Shown piece by piece: positions 1 through 3,778 of a stretch of 6,203 nucleotides of DNA; position 1 is the first letter of the stretch, and each line of letters opens with the position of its first letter. Source of the DNA: Candidatus Iainarchaeum sp. (GTDB taxonomy: Archaea; Iainarchaeota; Iainarchaeia; Iainarchaeales; 0-14-0-20-30-16); contig JAQTTP010000014.1 of NCBI GenBank assembly GCA_028710695.1, positions 1-6,203 of the forward strand, given 5' to 3'. The notes under the pieces are model-generated. The model searched no databases and was not told where the DNA came from. It saw only the letters and a list, made by a program, of their open reading frames with translations. Position numbers and translations under genes: made by a program.

Positions 1-2
1 CG

Positions 3-497
3 TCAAGGCTTGCGCAAACAGTTGATTTTTATAATGCGACTATAACTGGAAGTTCTTATTATTGGAATGATAGTCCTGAAACTCATTTAATAACAACAGG
101 GCAAACATATCTCGTTGACGCAGGGGTTGGCAAAACGCTTAAATATAATTCTCAAACTGCAACAGAAACGCTCGGTTCTGGTTCAAATATCAAATACAAA
201 TGGGCTTCTGACGCAAACGGCACTTATGCTACCGCTTCGTTTAATGCTTCGTGGCTAACTGCGGCTGAATTAGACGCCGCTTTACTGGCAAATAACGGCT
301 CTTTTGATAGATATTTATACATAAAAGCACAGTATAATTCAACTGGTGCAGGTGCTAATTTAGTATATAGTATCGACTGGGAAGAATATTCAACTGGAAA
401 CGGAACGAATGTTTTTGGTATGGGTAAAAATATATTTGGAAAAATAATAAACAGCAGACGGATTATTTCTGCGTTTAAACAATTATTGGCGGCTTAA
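3..497 (+). CDS. 3' end of a CDS, 5' truncated by the window edge; hypothetical beta-rich, phage appendage/structural-like protein (C-terminal 164 aa visible: SRLAQTVDFYNATITGSSYYWNDSPETHL...SAFKQLLAA*)
   Basis: Uninterrupted reading frame from nt 3 to the TAA at 495-497, immediately followed (2-nt gap) by the ATG of the next co-oriented ORF. Composition is rich in G/T/N/A/Y, typical of beta-structured extracellular or virion proteins. Absent from the supplied ORF track because it lacks an in-window start. Confidence 0.75.
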   Translation, partial: SRLAQTVDFYNATITGSSYYWNDSPETHLITTGQTYLVDAGVGKTLKYNSQTATETLGSGSNIKYKWASDANGTYATASFNASWLTAAELDAALLANNGSFDRYLYIKAQYNSTGAGANLVYSIDWEEYSTGNGTNVFGMGKNIFGKIINSRRIISAFKQLLAA

Positions 498-499
498 AT

Positions 500-1384
500 A
501 TGGAATTTATAGTAGCAAATACAGCGATTACTGGAATGTTTACGACGACAATATTCGCAACTGGCGTAATTGCAGACGCAACAGGAACACCATCCGCAAT
601 AGTTTATAAAAATGGTGTTGCAACTGCTGACGTTGTAACGGTTGCAAAGGTTGGTACTGGATTATACAAATATTCTGTTACGCCATCAGGATTTAGTGCC
701 GCTAATATTATAACAATTATTATAAATGCTGTTGTTTCTGGGGTAACTCAAAATAGTATTGTTTTTGAAGCAATATGTGCAGACGCAAGCAGTTCAATAC
801 CCGCAATTACTACAATGTATGGAATGTTTGTAGTGCATAGGTTTGATACCGGTTCAATATCTGACGCTGATAGTTTGCCTTCAACTACACTTTACAAAAA
901 CGGAACGGCTACCGCAATAACCGTAACGGTTGCAAAGGTTGATACTGGCATATATAAATATTCATCTCTTTTAACTGGATTTACTGACGGCGACGAGGGT
1001 TCATATGTTATTACGGCGACTGTAAATTCTATTAGCGCAGGCATATCAGTAAACTTTAATTATAAGCAAGAAACAGTTCTTGTAGGAAGTGGAGAAGTAT
1101 ATTTATCTGATAAAACAACAACGAGTTTTACATTTACAGTTAGAGACGTCCCTTCTGGTGCTGTATCGATGAAAATGGCTTATAGAACATATAAACGTTC
1201 AGATATAAATGACTGGTCATTTACCGCTTCGATTACAAACCCAGTAGAAACAGACACTATAAACATAACTGGACTTACAGAAGGCGTTTTATATGAAGTA
1301 TCACCTGTATTTTATTCTGCCTCTGGAATAGGTGGAAATTTTGGAAATATTTTAAAATTACAAACATTATATAGTGAGGAATAA
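500..1384 (+). CDS. Hypothetical virion appendage-like protein with two homologous ~78-aa beta-rich repeats and an FN3-like C-terminal domain
   Basis: 294-aa ORF, ATG at 500, stop TAA 1382-1384. GGCGG at 488-492, 7 nt upstream of the ATG, may be a weak RBS. Internal duplication visible in the translation (VYKNG..VTVAKVGTGLYKYS versus LYKNG..VTVAKVDTGIYKYS). Confidence 0.85.
   Translation: MEFIVANTAITGMFTTTIFATGVIADATGTPSAIVYKNGVATADVVTVAKVGTGLYKYSVTPSGFSAANIITIIINAVVSGVTQNSIVFEAICADASSSIPAITTMYGMFVVHRFDTGSISDADSLPSTTLYKNGTATAITVTVAKVDTGIYKYSSLLTGFTDGDEGSYVITATVNSISAGISVNFNYKQETVLVGSGEVYLSDKTTTSFTFTVRDVPSGAVSMKMAYRTYKRSDINDWSFTASITNPVETDTINITGLTEGVLYEVSPVFYSASGIGGNFGNILKLQTLYSEE
536..769 (+). 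repeat. Protein-level repeat unit A (aa 13-90) of the 500..1384 product
   Basis: MFTTTIFATGVIADATGTPSAIVYKNGVATADVVTVAKVGTGLYKYSVTPSGFSAANIITIIINAVVSGVTQNSIVFE aligns to unit B at a constant 96-aa offset. Confidence 0.85.
824..1057 (+). repeat. Protein-level repeat unit B (aa 109-186) of the 500..1384 product
   Basis: MFVVHRFDTGSISDADSLPSTTLYKNGTATAITVTVAKVDTGIYKYSSLLTGFTDGDEGSYVITATVNSISAGISVNF. Shares the YKNG, VTVAKV-TG-YKYS and GF anchors with unit A in the same order. Confidence 0.85.
1091..1375 (+). other. FN3-like domain encoded at the C-terminus of the 500..1384 product
   Basis: GEVYLSDKTTTSFTFTVRDVPSGAVSMKMAYRTYKRSDINDWSFTASITNPVETDTINITGLTEGVLYEVSPVFYSASGIGG fits the fibronectin type III pattern (TTSFTFTV; Y-x-x-Y/R; W; TINITGLTEGVLYEVSPVFYSASG resembling T-x-x-I-x-G-L-x-x-G-x-x-Y-x-x-x-x-x-A/S-x-x-x-x-G). 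Read by eye, not by HMM. Confidence 0.6.
1376..1380 (+). promoter_or_regulatory. Shine-Dalgarno-like GAGGA upstream of the ATG at 1388
   Basis: GTGAGGA ends at 1380, 7-nt spacer to the ATG; it overlaps the end of the upstream ORF. Confidence 0.65.
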
Positions 1385-1387
1385 CAA

Positions 1388-2296
1388 ATGGCAGCTACTC
1401 TTAAAACTTGGGGTTATACTGGTGGAAGATATACGCCAAAAAACTTTCAAGGTGTTCCGTATATAGCACCAAAAGCGACATCTTCTTCATCAGGGTCTTT
1501 GTTAGACGGATATAAAAAGGCACAAGATGAGGCAAAAAAAGCAAACGAAGAAAGATATGCCGAGATATTAAAGGGTTATGAGGATATGTATTCAAAATCG
1601 CTTTCTGTTCTTGATAATTACGGGACACAAGCAATCGCAGATATTGCAGAAAAATATAAATCTGTTGAAGGTGCTGGAATGCAAGATTTAGCGTCTTCTG
1701 GTTTATATAATTCAACCATTAGACCTTCGGTTCGTTCTTCTGTTGCAAAAGAACAATTAGGCGCCCAAACAAGATTAGGTGAAGAGATAGCGTTGCAAAA
1801 AGCCCAACTTGGCGCTCAATTACAACAGGCAAAATTAGGATTTCAGGAAAGACGAGAGGACACATATCCGGATAGCGCATTACTTGCAAACTTGATGAAA
1901 TCTTACGGTACTTCTGGTGCTGGTTCGAGTAGTGGTGGATATGGTTCTGGTATTGATTTTTCAAAATATAATATACCTAATTATTATTCTGAAAAGCAAA
2001 AGAAACCAGCAACTACATATGATACTTCTTTTTCTGGCGGATATTTGGGAAAAAATAAAGATGGATATCCAAATAAAAAAACAGAACAATTAAAAACAGG
2101 CAAGGTATATTCTCCATATAAAAAAGGACAATCATATCAAGCTAAAACAATAACTGCGGTTGACAATAGTGGAAAAGAATACCAAATCGCAGATGTTATT
2201 GCGATTGCGTATTTAGAAGATGGAACAGCCAAAATAAAAACTGGCAACGGCGAAATAATTACAATTCCAGCAAAAAATATTAAAAAATCATTATAA
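1388..2296 (+). CDS. Hypothetical protein, probable phage virion-associated: coiled-coil N-half, Gly/Ser linker, small C-terminal beta domain
   Basis: 302-aa ORF with a good RBS. Contains DLASSGLYNSTIRPSVRSSVAKEQLGAQTRLGEEIALQKAQLGAQLQQAKLGFQERREDTYPD, a helical signature I associate with uncharacterised phage virion-module proteins (recognition by pattern only). Confidence 0.8.
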   Translation: MAATLKTWGYTGGRYTPKNFQGVPYIAPKATSSSSGSLLDGYKKAQDEAKKANEERYAEILKGYEDMYSKSLSVLDNYGTQAIADIAEKYKSVEGAGMQDLASSGLYNSTIRPSVRSSVAKEQLGAQTRLGEEIALQKAQLGAQLQQAKLGFQERREDTYPDSALLANLMKSYGTSGAGSSSGGYGSGIDFSKYNIPNYYSEKQKKPATTYDTSFSGGYLGKNKDGYPNKKTEQLKTGKVYSPYKKGQSYQAKTITAVDNSGKEYQIADVIAIAYLEDGTAKIKTGNGEIITIPAKNIKKSL

Positions 2297-2301
2297 GGCG
2301 G
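2297..2301 (+). promoter_or_regulatory. Weak Shine-Dalgarno-like AAGGCGG upstream of the ATG at 2309
   Basis: AAGGCGG spans 2295-2301; the GGCGG core ends 7 nt before the ATG, the same core and spacing as before the ATG at 500. Confidence 0.4.
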
Positions 2302-2308
2302 ATATAAT

Positions 2309-3778
2309 ATGGGAATTAGGATTGATTATAGTCCTGTCGAACAAATAGGTCAAACGGCTTTTGCTGCTGGTCAGGGAGAGTATTTGCAACAGCAAAGAAA
2401 TATTGCCGCTCAAATAATTGCACAACAACAAAGCATAAAAGCACAAATGACACAAAATCAAAATGAAATGCTTAATCAGGCGAGGCGAGATAAGTATTTG
2501 TCTCAAAAGGCAATAGAAGAGGCAAAGCAAAATGCATTATTGCAGCAGCAAGCGGCTGCGACGGCTTTTGAAAGGCAAAAGGAACTTATAAATCTTGAAT
2601 ATGAAAATGATTTCACAAAAGCAGATTATTTAAAACGTCTTGATAATGCCGCAAATGCAGAGGAATTAAGGATAAAAGAAGGATATAAACAATTAGAAAA
2701 AGACGAACAAAAATTGTCATCATCTTATCGTTCTGCTTTAATGCAGGTTGTCCACGATAGAAATATGCAAAGGAATGACTTGTATAAGGCGAAATATCCG
2801 ACATTACAATATAATGTAGAACAACAAAAAGAAATAGAAAATATAAATAAAATGATTTGGAGCGTTATTTCTTCTGATGAATTAGCAGATGAAGACAAGG
2901 ACGTTGTAATAGACGGGTTTTTAAGTGATTTAGACGGTATAATTCCGTCTGTTAATATACCGGAACCGCAAAAGTTTAAAATATTAGGGAAAACAGAATT
3001 AAAACCCGGCGAAGTTTATTCAGATGAAAATGGGATGTATATATATCAGTTAGATGGAAAATTAGAGTTTAAAGAAAAGAAAAAGGAAGCAGAACAAAAA
3101 GGTTTTGATGTCGAAGAAAAAATAGCGTCTTTTGCTGCTGATATATACAAAGACAGCACAATAGAAGAAAAAGACAGGCAGAAATCTATAAATAATTACG
3201 CAAACTATTTAAGGACTGGGAAATTTGAAGAAACACAAGAAATGAAACCTTCAAGTGCTATTAGTTCTGTTGAAGATACAGAAAATGTGTCTTCTGAACC
3301 TATAAAAGAAACTGATACCTTAACACCAGAACAAGCCGAAAGAGCGGCAAAGGTTGCCAATATATATAACACAAATAAAATTCCACGTTATCAGAGATTA
3401 AATGACTTATTGCTTTTTAATATGGAAGATTTATTTGTTGACAGCATAGATAAAACCACTGATAAATTTAAATTTGACACCTTTATTTCTGCGGGAGTTA
3501 AAACGTTGGCAAGAATGATAGGTGTAGAAGATGGATATCCAGAAGTAAAAATTGGACGTGTCGAAACAGAAAGTAATGAGAAAAAATTGGATAAAGTTGA
3601 ATTAAAAAATTGGTTCTTGGCTTATAATCATATGTATCCGAATGGAAAAAGAATAACGAAAATAAGTGATAGAAACAAGTATCTTGCTAAATCATTTGAC
3701 AATATGACCGGCAAGACAAGAGTTCGTTTTAAAGAATTTTTAGAAAATAATGGCATTACAGAGGAAATATTTGAATGA
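2309..3778 (+). CDS. Hypothetical coiled-coil protein, probable phage virion/ejection-module protein
   Basis: 489-aa ORF, ATG 2309, TGA 3776-3778. N-terminus MGIRIDYSPVEQIGQTAFAAGQGEYLQQQ followed by a long Gln/Lys/Glu/Ala-rich helical region (aa ~30-175), then a more globular C-terminal part. On the same strand and tightly packed with its neighbours. Confidence 0.85.
   Translation: MGIRIDYSPVEQIGQTAFAAGQGEYLQQQRNIAAQIIAQQQSIKAQMTQNQNEMLNQARRDKYLSQKAIEEAKQNALLQQQAAATAFERQKELINLEYENDFTKADYLKRLDNAANAEELRIKEGYKQLEKDEQKLSSSYRSALMQVVHDRNMQRNDLYKAKYPTLQYNVEQQKEIENINKMIWSVISSDELADEDKDVVIDGFLSDLDGIIPSVNIPEPQKFKILGKTELKPGEVYSDENGMYIYQLDGKLEFKEKKKEAEQKGFDVEEKIASFAADIYKDSTIEEKDRQKSINNYANYLRTGKFEETQEMKPSSAISSVEDTENVSSEPIKETDTLTPEQAERAAKVANIYNTNKIPRYQRLNDLLLFNMEDLFVDSIDKTTDKFKFDTFISAGVKTLARMIGVEDGYPEVKIGRVETESNEKKLDKVELKNWFLAYNHMYPNGKRITKISDRNKYLAKSFDNMTGKTRVRFKEFLENNGITEEIFE
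3760..3765 (+). promoter_or_regulatory. Shine-Dalgarno-like AGAGGA upstream of the ATG at 3775
   Basis: AGAGGA ends 9 nt before the ATG at 3775, supporting 3775 over the alternative in-frame ATG at 3790. Confidence 0.5.

Noticed and set aside
2303-2308. Perfect TATAAT immediately upstream of the ATG at 2309
   Set aside because: A -10 hexamer abutting the start codon would give a leaderless transcript, and the best -35 at proper spacing (TTAAAA, 2280-2285) is poor. In such AT-rich DNA a chance TATAAT is expected.
1401-2804. Minus-strand short ORFs 1401..1715, 1719..1964, 2291..2530, 2613..2804
   Set aside because: All antisense to well-supported + strand genes with plausible RBS and packing; composition shows no independent coding signal. 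The ORF 2291..2530 also straddles the junction of two genes.
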